Assembly (NCBI GenBank): GCA_024704765.1
Contig: JAKMXF010000358.1
Coordinates: forward strand, 1 to 64,000
Origin: Oopsacas minuta
Lineage: Eukaryota; Animalia; Porifera
DNA length: 64,000 nucleotides
Direction of reading: 5' to 3'
Shown: one piece after another, positions 1-12,239 of the stretch
How the letters are laid out: every line of letters starts with the position of its first letter
Position numbering within the stretch: position 1 is the stretch's first letter
Position numbers and translations under genes: made by a program
The notes under the pieces: model-generated
Told to the model about the DNA's origin: nothing
Database searches by the model: none
What the model saw: the letters and a program-made list of their open reading frames with translations, nothing else

Positions 1-57
1 CACCACCACCGCCACCACCACCACCATCACCAACAACAACAACAACAACAACAACCA
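1..57 (+). repeat. (CAC)n-(CAA)n trinucleotide microsatellite encoding poly-His/poly-Gln in an exon
   Basis: Sequence reads cac x~10 then caa x8, in frame with an open exon that ends at the GT donor at 197. Confidence 0.85.
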
Positions 58-239
58 TCACCTCTGCACTATAATCTTCCTCAGCATCAACCTGTAATGC
101 CATCTCCACGATTCTTGGCTGGAAAAAAATCTCCATACGAGACTGAGCATAGTCCGTCTCACAATGCGATCACCCCTTTGATAAAATCCGTTCAAGGTAC
201 AGACTTACGTATACTAACAATTATTGTATGAACTATCCT

Positions 240-351
240 CAGTTGCGTAGTTAGCCAGCCATTACTGGTGGGGTACAGGTTATTAAGCTGGGACATACTT
301 AAATTAATGAGGTGGGGCGCATGCCCCTGGCCCTCTCTTGTGCCGCTTCTG
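240..351. mobile_element. hAT-type MITE (CAG...CTG) in intron
   Basis: Flanked by near-perfect 8-bp TSD actatcct/actatctt; orthologous copy at about 44024-44119 (attatcgt/actatctt). Confidence 0.6.
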
Positions 352-662
352 ACTATCTTTCAGCACACTGTTAATATATTGCTGTTTCGGCAGATGCAAT
401 CCATCTAAGCATGAGGTCGGGCAATATTTCACTATCACTATCGGGTACCTGTGATTTTAATTGCCACCATCTAACACCTATATTGGCTGACATTGCCCAA
501 TCATGTGATTTAGCATACTTCCGTCGTATGTGTGAATTTTCGTCCAAGAATCGGACTTGTCCATGCCGGGTCAATATACATCTGTGTTCAAAAATCCATC
601 CTGGGCCTTCCAGTTTCTATAATCAATTCTGGGTATACATACATGTATAGAGTATATGTCAT

Positions 663-1353
663 AGGAGATGTTGTCGAATAACCAACATCTCCTGCAGGAG
701 ATGTTGGCGATCTGATGGTATATGGCTTCAATACAGTTTTTAAGTGATTTGTGTGACTTCAACAAATTATAGCTGACATGCTTCAATCGTCGTACGATCG
801 TACGATAGCACGATTCCGCAAATAAATAGTAAACCTAAAATGTTTTTCATTTATTCATACTTAAAATGACTGAAAATTACCATCGAAAGTAAGATTACCA
901 CACTCTTATGTAAAATATGCAAGCGTCAAAATGAAGTTATACAATTAATAGGAGATTTTATCCAATTGTCTCCATTACTAATTTTAAAACTCCAACACTT
1001 TAAGCTCCTTGGGTATACACTTCTTTTCTGTAATCATTTTACCTTAAAAACTGTTATTGAAAAAATCATTCCCATTACGATGGAATGAAAACAAGAAAAT
1101 AATATCTGAAGAAGATTCAAATCTACCACGAAACATGAAAGTCAATTTTGCAGTATACTTGGCTATTCCTTGTTAGTTGACCTCAAACACAAGCATTGAG
1201 GGAGTTTAGTACGTCCATTCTTAAATAAGTACATTAGATATATCGTAATATACTTGGCTAAATTATCAGTTTGCTTACTAATGGAATTAGAAACTATAAA
1301 AGTACAGTATTGAAGCCATATACTATCAAATCGCCCGATTGACAACATCTCCT
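663..1353. mobile_element. Non-autonomous TIR element, AT target duplication (ISL2EU-like, PIF/Harbinger-related; tentative)
   Basis: 13-bp TIR AGGAGATGTTGTC at both ends flanked by AT/AT; absent from the paralogous TLK intron; internal perfect 26-bp palindrome ccaacatctcctgcaggagatgttgg just inside the left end (~682-707). Confidence 0.6.
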
Positions 1354-1862
1354 ATAACATATATTTTATTTCTTCTAATGCTTTTACATATTTTGTATTG
1401 GACAGCTGGTGTCAACCCATAAGATGTAGAATAATTGAATTTTGTTGAGTGCAGGGGAAATTAGTTTGATTCATAATAAATATTACTAAAGTCATATTTA
1501 ATACGACCTCCATGCTAGATGAGGAAATCCCATTTCTATTTTCCTGTATTATCAACCTTGTTTACACCTTTGGTAGCTGAATTACATGGAGTATTACTGT
1601 AATAGTAAAATTAATTAGAAAGAACTATACAGAGTTAGGAAAGTCGGGTTTGACTGTGCTTTACTTGACTCAGAGTTTTGTATAATTAAATCTCGAATTC
1701 TCATGCAAATATTCAGTTTATGACTATTTCAAATATTTATTTTTGTGATTATTCTGAATGCTAAGTAGGATAACAAATTTCTTAAACTTACTGTATTGTA
1801 CACATAGTACTCATATTTTTGGCAGGTGGACGATTAGGGAATCTGTACAATTAGAGATACCC

Positions 1863-1936
1863 CACTATAGTCAGAGGGGCGGATGGATCCAAATCATAAT
1901 CCAATCCATAATCCATCCGGTCCCTCTGACTATAGT
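1863..1936. repeat. ~75-bp hairpin (about 25-bp stem), probable MITE remnant
   Basis: actatagtcagaggggcggatggat ... atccatccggtccctctgactatagt; a degenerate copy lies at about 45254-45330. Confidence 0.6.
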
Positions 1937-2361
1937 ATAGATTAATTATATGTGCATGTGTGTCATATATATATATATATATACGAGCCTTTAGCTCGTC
2001 GCTTCGCGATGAACTCGACGCATTGCGCCTCACGGTATCTATTTTTCTCCAAATGACAGCCCGTTTGAGTATTTCAATATAGATATATTAAAAATAATGT
2101 AATTCACAAGCATGCGTATATGACATATATGTTATTGAAGTATTTTTAAGATCAAGCCCCTTTTACCCGTTGAGAGGACGTATCTACCTAATTTTTGAGA
2201 TTTGGCTAATTTGTTTACTTTTTTTCATAAAACAACAATAAATTTGCATATGATTAATCCAAAAGTGTGATAATCGTATTCATCATGTTGGATATACTTT
2301 AGTGAAGTTTTATTGAATTCTATTTACTTCTTTGAATTCAACACAACACAGTAAATACATA

Positions 2362-3698
2362 CAGGGTGTTAAGAAATTGATGTCACCTTTTTGAAATTAA
2401 ATAGAGCCATAAATTAACTATTTGAATCGTGTTTTAGCTTCCAATTCTTATTCTACTTATTTGAAATAATAGAATTCCTGTAAATTCCGAAAATTATAGA
2501 CACTAAAAATACTCTCTTGTTCAATTTTTCTTACTTTTCATATACAAGAAATAATCATGGTCAAAGAAGCTACTCTAGCTGTCCGTACACGTGCAGTTTG
2601 CATGATAGAAGCTGGGATTTTTATTAATAAAGTGGCCAAGGTTGTAGGAGTATCTGTCCGTACCATTCGGCGCTGGTTGCTGAGGTCCAAGTCTGGTGAA
2701 CCTCTACAGAACAGGAGGGGCCGTGGAAGGAAAACGTCCGTCACGATGGTACCGAAAGTGGTCATTGCCAAGACAATCGGTAAAAAAATGAAATCCACAC
2801 GAGTTATCTCCCAGAATCTCAAATCTAAAGGGTTTTCTATCTCCCACGTGACAGTACACTCGTATTTACGCAAAAATCTGAAAGTTCGACCATACAAACC
2901 CCAGGTTCAACCCAAATTGACGGAAAAACAGAGGACAGCTCGGATAAAATTCTGTAATGAAAGGAAGAATTGGTCAATTGATAGCTGGCGAAGGGTTTTA
3001 TTCTCGGACGAGTCCTCCTTTGAGGTATTCCACACTCCAGATAAGCAAAACGACCGAGTTTGGGCGAAATCTAGTTCCAATGTTCCTCCTACCGAAAAGG
3101 TCAAATTTCCTGGAAAAATCATGGTCTGGGGTGTGATGTCACACCGAGCCCTCTCACATCTCCACATTATCCCCAAAGGACAAACTGTGACATCAGAATA
3201 TTATGTGGAAGTTATATTGAAACAGTCTCTAATACCCAGCATGCTTCGAACGAGAGATTCAGGGACTATTCTGGAGAGAAAATTGTTGCTAGAAAGGTCC
3301 AAAGCAATTTTTCAACAAGATGGGGCCCCAGCACATACCTCCAAAAGAAGCCAGGAATGGCTAAAAAACAATATGCCAGGGTTTTGGACCAAGGACATAT
3401 GGCCTCCAAACTCACCAGACTTAAATCCTATTGAGAACCTCTGGGCTATTTTGCAAACCAAACTGGATTCAATGGAGCGAGCAACCAACCTAAAAATGTT
3501 AGAAAAGCAGCTGATTTTGGCCTGGAAGGAAATCTCACCGGAGACACTAGAGAAACTCATAGCAGGGATGCCCTCTCGCATTAATAAATGTTTAAAATTA
3601 AATGGAGATTACATAGGAAAGTAAATAGCACACCTTTCTAGTTCGCATTATTGAAATATGCATGGTATAAAATGGGACATCAATTTCTTAACACCCTG
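2362..3698 (+). mobile_element. Full-length Tc1/mariner DD37E (TRT-type) transposon, 1337 bp
   Basis: TIR CAGGGTGTTAAGAAATTGATGTC (23 bp perfect), TA/TA flanks, single intact transposase ORF. Confidence 0.95.
2557..3624 (+). CDS. Tc1-like transposase, 355 aa, DD37E triad
   Basis: N-terminal HTH and GRGRK motif; LFSDES, FQQDGAPAH and SPDLNPIE motifs with 37 residues between the second D and E. Confidence 0.95.
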   Translation: MVKEATLAVRTRAVCMIEAGIFINKVAKVVGVSVRTIRRWLLRSKSGEPLQNRRGRGRKTSVTMVPKVVIAKTIGKKMKSTRVISQNLKSKGFSISHVTVHSYLRKNLKVRPYKPQVQPKLTEKQRTARIKFCNERKNWSIDSWRRVLFSDESSFEVFHTPDKQNDRVWAKSSSNVPPTEKVKFPGKIMVWGVMSHRALSHLHIIPKGQTVTSEYYVEVILKQSLIPSMLRTRDSGTILERKLLLERSKAIFQQDGAPAHTSKRSQEWLKNNMPGFWTKDIWPPNSPDLNPIENLWAILQTKLDSMERATNLKMLEKQLILAWKEISPETLEKLIAGMPSRINKCLKLNGDYIGK

Positions 3699-3919
3699 TA
3701 CTAGTTATGGACAATTTAAATATTGCATACCGTAAATCCTTGCCTTGACAACGAACGAACAAACAAACAAACAAACAAACAACAATTGAGACTTACAAAT
3801 ATAGATGTATTTTATTGGTGTCTAATTCCTATAGAACTGTCGATACGGACACGTAAAAGGAAGTGTTCATTTTTCACTGACCAGCCTTCAAAGAGGTGCG
3901 AGCGATGCAGTGATGACAA

Positions 3920-4137
3920 GGACCTCAGTCCTAGCTAGCTGATGACTATTAGTATTTCCCCTTTAGTTATAGAATTAACTTGCTAGTTAGTATTTATCAC
4001 TAGAGACTTATTCCTGTCGATAGCGTAGAAAAAGACTTAATCATTCATTTATACATAGAATTTTGACACTTTCTGACTCGAATATTCATTGTGTCGGCCA
4101 CAATTGTCCACTTAAGCGTGACGCAACAAACTTGTAT
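3920..4137 (+). repeat. Direct-repeat copy of the 3' end of the 537-codon ORF locus
   Basis: Near-identical to about 7819-7913 plus 8069-8191 (lacks ~155 bp present in the second copy); identity ends exactly at N4138. Confidence 0.9.
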
Positions 4138-4499
4138 NAAGTGTAGGATTCCAATGAGGAGACCAATTGGATGAACTCCCCTCCAGAATTCCCTTGAGCA
4201 GGAAATAGACGGAGTCTAGCTCTAATTAGTTCACATGTGATTTAGCTGGTGATTTTAGTGCTTATTTATTGGATCATGAAAAAGATCTTTATTGGGATAC
4301 GGACTGTTCGGTACGTAGACATTTCGTTATGTTATTAAGATGTATAGTAGAAACTGTTAAATATTGACTGTTAATGCTGGATTAATGAATGGGAAATATT
4401 GAAACAAAATGATATGTAATGATAAGGAGAGTGTGCACTAGTCTTATGTCTCGTTTAGGCCAATTCTATGTGCCACCCTACGTATATACTCCATGGCTA

Positions 4500-5260
4500 G
4501 TCTATGAAAGTATCCGGATATCCGACTATTAAGTCCTTCTTCATTAGTTTTATCCTTTTGTCGTTTTGGAGGCTTTTCTCCAGCAATAAATTTAGTCTGT
4601 TTTACTTATACAAGTTTTTGTTCTCGCTTCAATGCAATGATAAAACGCCAAATGTTGGGATGGTAACATGCGATGGTAGCATTGTATGAGCGATGCCAAG
4701 CCTCTACTGTGTTAGTAGTCCTGGGAATTCCCTGAGGAATTTCCTTTCTCTTAAGGCCAATCTTTATTTCCAAGCAGTTACCCAATTGCTTATCTGGCAT
4801 GTAGGTGCTCATTAGTTCTCTTCACTATTGTCAACCCCTTTAGTCTTTAATCTTGCTTTACACTGAAAATTTGGAAGGTACCTGTAGTCCACATCCGATA
4901 AACTATACTATTATTTGTATAATTAGCAATGACCACACCTCGTCGACCCCCACCAGATTACAATTCAGCATTATCGATGCCAATAGTTAATACGGACCAT
5001 AGGGCCCTACACAGAGAAAACTCTGAGTTACGAGTCAATTTGGGATGGATGACCAGTAAGTCTAAGCATAATTTTGATGGATTCTATTTTCACATTTCGC
5101 ACTAATATTTAGGACAGAGGAATATATGGCAGGCTCTGGCGGAAAAAGCTGAAGAGGCCCAGTCCCATAACTGCCTGAAGGGCGTCCTAATTTCATTGGG
5201 CGTCCTTATGGTAGTTGTGGGCTGGGCCATAGCGAAATAATTCGCTACGGAGGCATGGGC
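4500..5260 (-). mobile_element. Internally deleted Mutator/MULE transposase remnant
   Basis: RTTNTVEAWHRSYNATIACYHPNIWRFIIALKREQ matches the MULE C-terminal motif; degenerate FLYWCH-like ...QCKARLKT...NEH upstream (~4820-4940). Confidence 0.65.
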
Positions 5261-6249
5261 GGAGGCGAGAAAAAGCATTTTTGAAAAGTGATGAGACGTT
5301 AATGACGTCACATAAGTGAATTCTGCAACATTTTCAAATATTTGTTGGATATATGAATAAAACATATTTTTAGGTGTTTACACATTATACATATATTAGT
5401 TCATTTCCAATATAGATAACCCTCTATATGTACCCCTCTGGAACCAGAATTTGCTTCTAATTTTCATTTTCAATTTCATACATTCTTTTAATTCAAATTT
5501 CCTTGCATCCTTTTATCCATTTTGTTAGAGGTTTAATTTCTAAATCTTCAACACATCTTATGAAAGTTTCCGAATTTATTAGTTATGTAATAACAGAGTC
5601 TCAAACCCTTAAGGTCCTACGTTATCATAGGGGTCATTTCCAGAAAATTGAAACCCCATTTTTTACTCCAATATACCCCAATTTATCTAATCTACAATAC
5701 AAATCTAATTTTATCTGAATTTCATTGAATTCATTGTTATTCGTATTTTTTCCAGATTGCTGATGCATTGTGCTAATACTATTTGAGCGAACAACGCTTG
5801 ATTTCAATACAATCCAACACTGATACGGTTCAAAACAGACAATTCATGCCTAGATGATCAAGTACTTCCTCCTCTCTTAAAACCGAGGTAACATACCTCC
5901 TCTTAAGTTCTCCCCCGATTTTGAAGGTACAGACTCGCCACCACGAATCGCTCTTATTGGGAAGTCATACGTGATCGAATCCCTCACAGCAATTCGTTAC
6001 CACGGTCTCTTTTCTATTTTCTTATTCAAATATTCTTAGTTGCAGGTTTTATTTTATGCATTCTAGCTAGTAAGAACCTTGAGTTCAGTTTTGTTCTTAT
6101 ATTTGTGTTCTTAGTGCAGCTCCTGTAGGGAGGTATTTGCGTTGCCGTAGGACAGCTGGTCACAGCCACTCCTACGTATTATTTTACCGGGATATGACAT
6201 ATTAGTTATAGTATTAGTCTGATCAAAATTGAAATATATCTTAGCCTCA

Positions 6250-7842
6250 ATGGGGATTCATAATTATTTGAAAAATCTTCCTCCACTAACTGAATGTAGG
6301 AAGTTGGAGGAGAAACAATTCAACGAGTTGTACCAAACACTGAGGGATATGGGGAATTGTTTTGATGAAGATCTCAAGAATCTTTCTAGAATTATCTCAG
6401 ATTCTGTCTTATCAGGCCAAATGAATTCTATAATCGATTATCTACGTGATCGCTCTACTTACCTCTCAAGTATTGAGTTAAGCTTCAAAGCAGAATGGAG
6501 CGAATCGAATATGGAAAATCCTTCTGTTCTTATAAATGGTCTCTGCTCCACTTGGCTGTCAGGGAGAAAACTCGTGACAGTCCAACAAGAACTACGATCT
6601 ATTATTATATTGTATTGCCCTCGAGCTTATATGATGTCTATAAGGGAAATTGATGAGGTTTGGGACAAGTATTATACATCTTACGATCTGGAATTAGCAA
6701 ATAGTTTTACTTCTACATCATCCTTGGTCCTTACAAGCATTTCTAAAGATACTCTTGTCAACTGGAGTGATAAATGGATTGATATTCTAATTGATAAACT
6801 TGATGAAAATGAGTTCTATTTGGATGAAGATACAGCATTTGACCCTCTTCTATTTATTGCTGTCAAACTACATTCTCTAGCTGGTAGACTCATGCTAAAG
6901 TGTAAAGATTTTGATACCTGCTTTGCTCCACGCGTTACCTCAGCGTTAAATTCTATCCTTGTTAAATGTCCTGATATATTGAAGGATTTCAATGCCATCA
7001 AAGAACTGGTCGCAAAAAAACCTATTTGTAACATCCTCCAGGATTGTGTACCCAGCTACAAACCTGATGAATTAGGCATAGATGTACTGAAAAAGAGAGG
7101 AAAAGAACTCCGGACTCAACATGCTTCATTGTTTCTTTATAGAAAACTCAAAGATCAATACGATGAAATTTTCCTGATACGTTCTGAGGAAGATTTCGAC
7201 TCGGATAATTTCGAAGAATCTATGCCTGATGTCCAGGAGGTTTGGGATTTGGCAATAGATGACAAACTGTCCACTTATCTTGAACAACTCGAATTCCTAT
7301 CTATATGTGACAAGTTTCAATTCGAACTTAACAGGGCAAGAGAATTTCTCTCACAATACGAATGGAATCAATACCAAGAATACGAGATCATGAGCGAACA
7401 CAGAGAGGATATTCATAATTTCATCTATTCAAGTCAGTGGATTGACTCACGCCAACAGGAAATAGAAAGATTATTCGCCTATTTCCGTAAGTGGAGTAGT
7501 ACTATCAGCTTTGAGGACGAGGACGGGTGTCTAGAAGGATTTGAGGAGGCTGATATTGTGACACCTGAAATTGCTATTCATCTTCTGGCATTAACTGAAA
7601 ATGCTTTTGACGATTTCATCGATCTACAGGAAACAGTCCTTGAATACTATGAACAAGGAATTGAACAGTGGGAGGAGTTTGATGCGAGTTTACAACTATC
7701 AGGGGATGAGTTGTGTAACTTATGTGATGGAGGATGTCAAGAGTTTATACAGAATAAACTCGAGCAAATAGCTGACCAGATTGAAGAGATGAGAGTACAA
7801 CCAATCGAGTTGGATAACAGGACCTCAGTCCTAGCTAGCTGA
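6250..7842 (+). CDS. Orphan intronless acidic, probably helical protein (~530 aa from ATG 6250), function unknown
   Basis: Uninterrupted 537-codon ORF in AT-rich DNA; first ATG at 6250 is preceded by TTAG; very D/E-rich C-terminal half; CNLCDGGC motif near the end; no family recognised. Confidence 0.75.
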   Translation: MGIHNYLKNLPPLTECRKLEEKQFNELYQTLRDMGNCFDEDLKNLSRIISDSVLSGQMNSIIDYLRDRSTYLSSIELSFKAEWSESNMENPSVLINGLCSTWLSGRKLVTVQQELRSIIILYCPRAYMMSIREIDEVWDKYYTSYDLELANSFTSTSSLVLTSISKDTLVNWSDKWIDILIDKLDENEFYLDEDTAFDPLLFIAVKLHSLAGRLMLKCKDFDTCFAPRVTSALNSILVKCPDILKDFNAIKELVAKKPICNILQDCVPSYKPDELGIDVLKKRGKELRTQHASLFLYRKLKDQYDEIFLIRSEEDFDSDNFEESMPDVQEVWDLAIDDKLSTYLEQLEFLSICDKFQFELNRAREFLSQYEWNQYQEYEIMSEHREDIHNFIYSSQWIDSRQQEIERLFAYFRKWSSTISFEDEDGCLEGFEEADIVTPEIAIHLLALTENAFDDFIDLQETVLEYYEQGIEQWEEFDASLQLSGDELCNLCDGGCQEFIQNKLEQIADQIEEMRVQPIELDNRTSVLAS

Positions 7843-10422
7843 TGACTATTAGTATTTCCCCTTTAGTTATAGAGTTACTTGCTAGTTAGTATTTATCACT
7901 AGAGACTTATTCCAATAACTATGTTCTTAATAACTTATAATGCTAGACTGCAAGAATTGAATACTCTTACAACTAGAGGTAGTCAATATGATTTATTTAA
8001 CACACGTAACTTGGCTAGTAGAGGAATATTGAAAATTTGTTAATACGACACTATTAACTCAATTGGTGCTGTCGATAGCGTAGAAAAAGACTTAATCATT
8101 CATTTATACATAGAATTTTGACACTTTCTGACTCGAATATTCATTGTGTCGGCCACAATTGACCACTTAAGCGTGACGCAACAAACTTGTATAACAGTGG
8201 CTTAATTATGCAAGTAATGATGTTAATGAACTGACATTATACTCCTAATCCATCAACAATTCATTCACTGATTATAGTCTTGGAGGAATTTCCAAATTGT
8301 TTAATATCTATTTGATTATTAATTCCTATTTATCATAGATGAAATTGTATAACTCTTATTTTAGAATGAGAATAACATTAATATACTGATTTCTGAAACT
8401 ATTAGCCTTTGCATACGAGTCAACTTCCAGCATATTCTGATGGGAATATCCATGAGAGCTCGAATAACCAAGAGGTTCTTCTAGCCAAGGAGAAACCGGG
8501 AGAGTTATTGAGGGTCAGCATGCTGACTTGAATGCGAAATTCGATCGGATCCGACAATCTCCTTCTGAGAAGGAGGAGAAAGTTACATCAGCACAGAGGT
8601 ATGATATGAGTGCTACATGTATGGGATAAATTTCATTCAGAATTAGCGAAAGATAATCTTATGAGACATGTATGGTAGCCGATGGGGCCAATTCACTGAA
8701 CAGTTCTTTGGATCTTGTTCGTGCTCTATACATGTACATATATATATTGTTGTCGATTTGACTGGATGCCATTTAGACAATATACTACATATAATAACAC
8801 CTACTACTATAAGGGTGAGGGAAGCATGTTTGAATCAAATTATCTATTATATAGGCGATCAGTTAAGAGAGCAAAGTTAGACTACACATTTCCTCTCATC
8901 AACTCACTCGGAACATTTCATATCCTCCAAAGACGACTTTAGTGCTCCTGTTGGGTGAACAAGAATCGATGTTGCAATACGACCCTACATTCCTGAAGGT
9001 ATGACTCGTTGTTATGGCATGAATATAATATATTTTTATTAATATTCTAATTAGCAATTTTTGGTTTGTTGGGTTTAGTATTTTTTGTTTGTTTGCCATA
9101 AAAATTACTAAAATACTTGTTAGAAAGAATATTTTCATTTTCTAATATGTAATTAATAATTCATTAAGGATAATGGTTAAAGATGTGGAATACTCTGAAT
9201 CCGTCAATATGTCCATTAAATCTATATATCTTCACTAATATAACTAATATTTCTTATTACTATCATCAAATATTGAGATTATACATTCCTATCCTCCTTG
9301 TTTATTGTTATAGATTATTCACAGGCCCTAGAAGGAGAATTGTTTAGACAGATACACTTTCCTCCCAAACAAAAGCCTACCACCCCTGCTGGAAGAGATC
9401 TAGTTTCATCTAGCAACCATCAAATAGCACCCTATGTACAGGAGGGGCCTACAAATCAACTCTTTGAAACCAGTAACATACAATCGGGCTTATTCCATCC
9501 CAAAGTAGCCCAATATACAGTATCAGCCCCCCTACCCCATGACACAACTCATTTCGGGTACTCTCAATCTTCTCAGATGCAATACGCTCCTCGTGCCTCT
9601 TCCTCTCCCCCTCCCCCTTCTAGTGAGCCTTGACAGCTCCCATTTAAACAAAATCATGCCCCTATTACGAGACATGCTAGTGATTCCAGGTTCAGAGATA
9701 TTGAAATAAGATCTCCTCCCTCTTATACTGTGGATACTAATTCTCCTACAAACGCATTGATTCAGCCTAAACAGTTTCCACGTACTCACTTTCTAGAATG
9801 TGAGTTATGCTTATGATTAAACTAGTACTTGTATGATAAGTAGAATTACGTCTAATATATATGACTTATATAGCTCATCAACCTGAAGCAGAGTTGATAC
9901 AACAACATCATGAAGTGCCTTATACACGCTCTCAGCCTCGTGATATCATGAAGGGAGATAAGTTTGAAGTTAAACTCGTATGGCAAAAGCAGCAACCTAC
10001 TCGGTGGTAAATCTAAGATATTTTGACATGAAGGATACAGAACCTCCTATCATCTCATATGGGATTACAGAAAAGATTTATTCATAGCTTCTGCTAAACT
10101 GTCAGCTGGTGAGCATAGAGGTAGTCTATGTATACCGGATTCTGATGATGTAGTGTATAATGTACAGCCTTTTGATGTGAGTCAGTTTAGCATATCTGTA
10201 CAGGAGATTAAGCTAGAGTTATCAGACATATCACCCCAGTACAAAAAGAAAGAACCTTTCAAGAAACCAATCTGCTCTGAAATAGGTATTGTCATTATTT
10301 TATTATTTATTAATTCATTTTGTTCACGAAAACAGTTTTGATATTCTCCAATTTGATTGAATCATTCATTTGATGTTAGCAAAACCTTTAATAGCATTTT
10401 TATTACTTTAATGGAGGTTATA

Positions 10423-10500
10423 CAGTAGACCCTCGCTAATCCGAACGAAACATTACTACTACTACTACTACTATTACTACTATTACTATTATGTATTATG
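10423..10500. repeat. Tigger/pogo-like MITE end followed by (TAC)n tract
   Basis: tacagtagaccctcgctaatccgaac matches the start of the ~21973-22100 repeat. Confidence 0.55.
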
Positions 10501-12239
10501 TACATATTTCAATTTCAAATTCCGATTGAATGTTATTATTTTAAACGAATAATTCTTTATTTTCTACTGTTTGTGTATCAAATAATTTTACTATTTTCCT
10601 CTATTTTACGTAAAATTACTTTTTGAGTTTTTTCATTTCTCAAACTTTGATTGATTTCGTATAATTTCTACTACAAATTTCTACTTATATTATTTGTGTA
10701 TAATCTTATGGTTAATCCTATAGACAGTATTATTGTCTACTAAACAAGTTTATATAACTTGTTTGTATGGTATTATTGTGTTGATTTACTCTTTGTTTAT
10801 TTAGACTTCCCCAATAATCATCTAGCTAAGTCACGTCGCGGAAAGCACCCTCCGTATTTGCCTGCAAGGAGAGGAACTTTATCCGGTACAGATAATCCTG
10901 TAATACCTGTAACTAGACAAGAAGATAGATCTAGAGTAGAAGTTAATGTCTTCTCTCCTACTATTGAATATTCACCTATACAGTCTATAGAGAGACCTGA
11001 TATACCACCAAGTAAGTATTATTGTATCTACATTATGTATCTGGTATTTAATTAGAGCATTATTTGGTTGATTAGTGAATATTAGCAGTGATTAATTCAG
11101 GAGAAATTATACTAAATTCAATAATACAAATTGTAATAATCAGCTGATATGTGATCAATATTAATTTAATTTATTTTTCAGAATACAGAGAGGAAAAGTA
11201 CCAATCATGCCCGGGTGAATCTCCTCCTGTATTCACAAGTACACTACCGAGCCATGAAGAGAGAGTGTCAGTTGTCTTAAATTCTCCTCCACAGGATCAC
11301 CCTCTCCCTCCCCCTAGAATAAAGCCATCAGTAACAACAGGTATGATCCTTCAAACCGGGTTTATTCTAGTATATTTATCCATGGTTCATTAGATATAAC
11401 TGAGAAGTCACGAGAGGAATTGGAGCAAAAGAGACAGGTAGATGCCTTAATCTTAAATTTGAAAACTGAACTAGCAAATGTAAAAACTGAGAGAGAAGAG
11501 ATACAAACAAACTGAGGAGAGGAAGTGAGGACCTGGAAGAATAATCATGAGAATCTGTATCTATTGAAAGTAAGTGTAGATAGAGAGAATGACTCATTGA
11601 AGAAAGAAGTAGCCCAACTTATCAAGGACTATACCTCAGCTGCGAATGAGCTACAGGATACATTGACTGATAAAAATAAGTGGGAAGATGAAGTGAGAGA
11701 ATTGAAAGAGAAGAACTCTGCTCTCCTGAGAGAGAAAGGAAAGAGGGTAGGAACAAAAGAGATAGCAGATTAAGATTACAACGGGATAAGGAGCTAGAAT
11801 GAACGTTCCAGATTCTTCTGGAAGAATCTCAAAAGGAAATACTTAATCTTGAATCAGAGAGAGACTCTCATAAAACTGCAGCTGATAAGTACAGAGGTTA
11901 GTATTGTCTATTCTTAAGAATATATTAACAATAAGTATAGATAATAATTGTATTTATAGCTGAGCGTGAGAAGGTTAAACTAGCTGTTGAGGAACAGAAA
12001 ATAATTCAAGAAACTCTGAAATCTGAGTACGAACAGAAAGCTGCAGATGCTCCATACCAAATTACTACATTAACAAATACATTGAAACAATCTGAAGAAC
12101 AGAATCATAAGCAGTTAGAAGAAAATAATAAACTTAAAAGAGAACTAACAAGGAATAAATATACAGATATAAAGAGTGATAACAACAACAATACTGAGGA
12201 TAATGTTGTCAATTCTGGAGTTATCAGCACTGAGAGAGA

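Larger units (their letters stand above)
1983..3806 (+). mobile_element. Microsatellite-bearing interspersed repeat (HINE/DINE-1/Lep1-like, non-autonomous Helitron-type), interrupted by Tc1
   Basis: Starts after a (TA)n tract with a CGCTTCGC-rich 5' end, carries (AAAC)n near the 3' end and ends ATAGAT; related segments at about 21200-21560, 41965-42130, 46600-46932, 57100-57260 and 59740-61230. Confidence 0.5.

Noticed and set aside
3939-3975. CTGATGA in the direct repeat (also at ~7839) as a hammerhead ribozyme core
   Set aside because: No stem II followed by GAAA downstream; the nearby TTTC is on the wrong strand and in the wrong order
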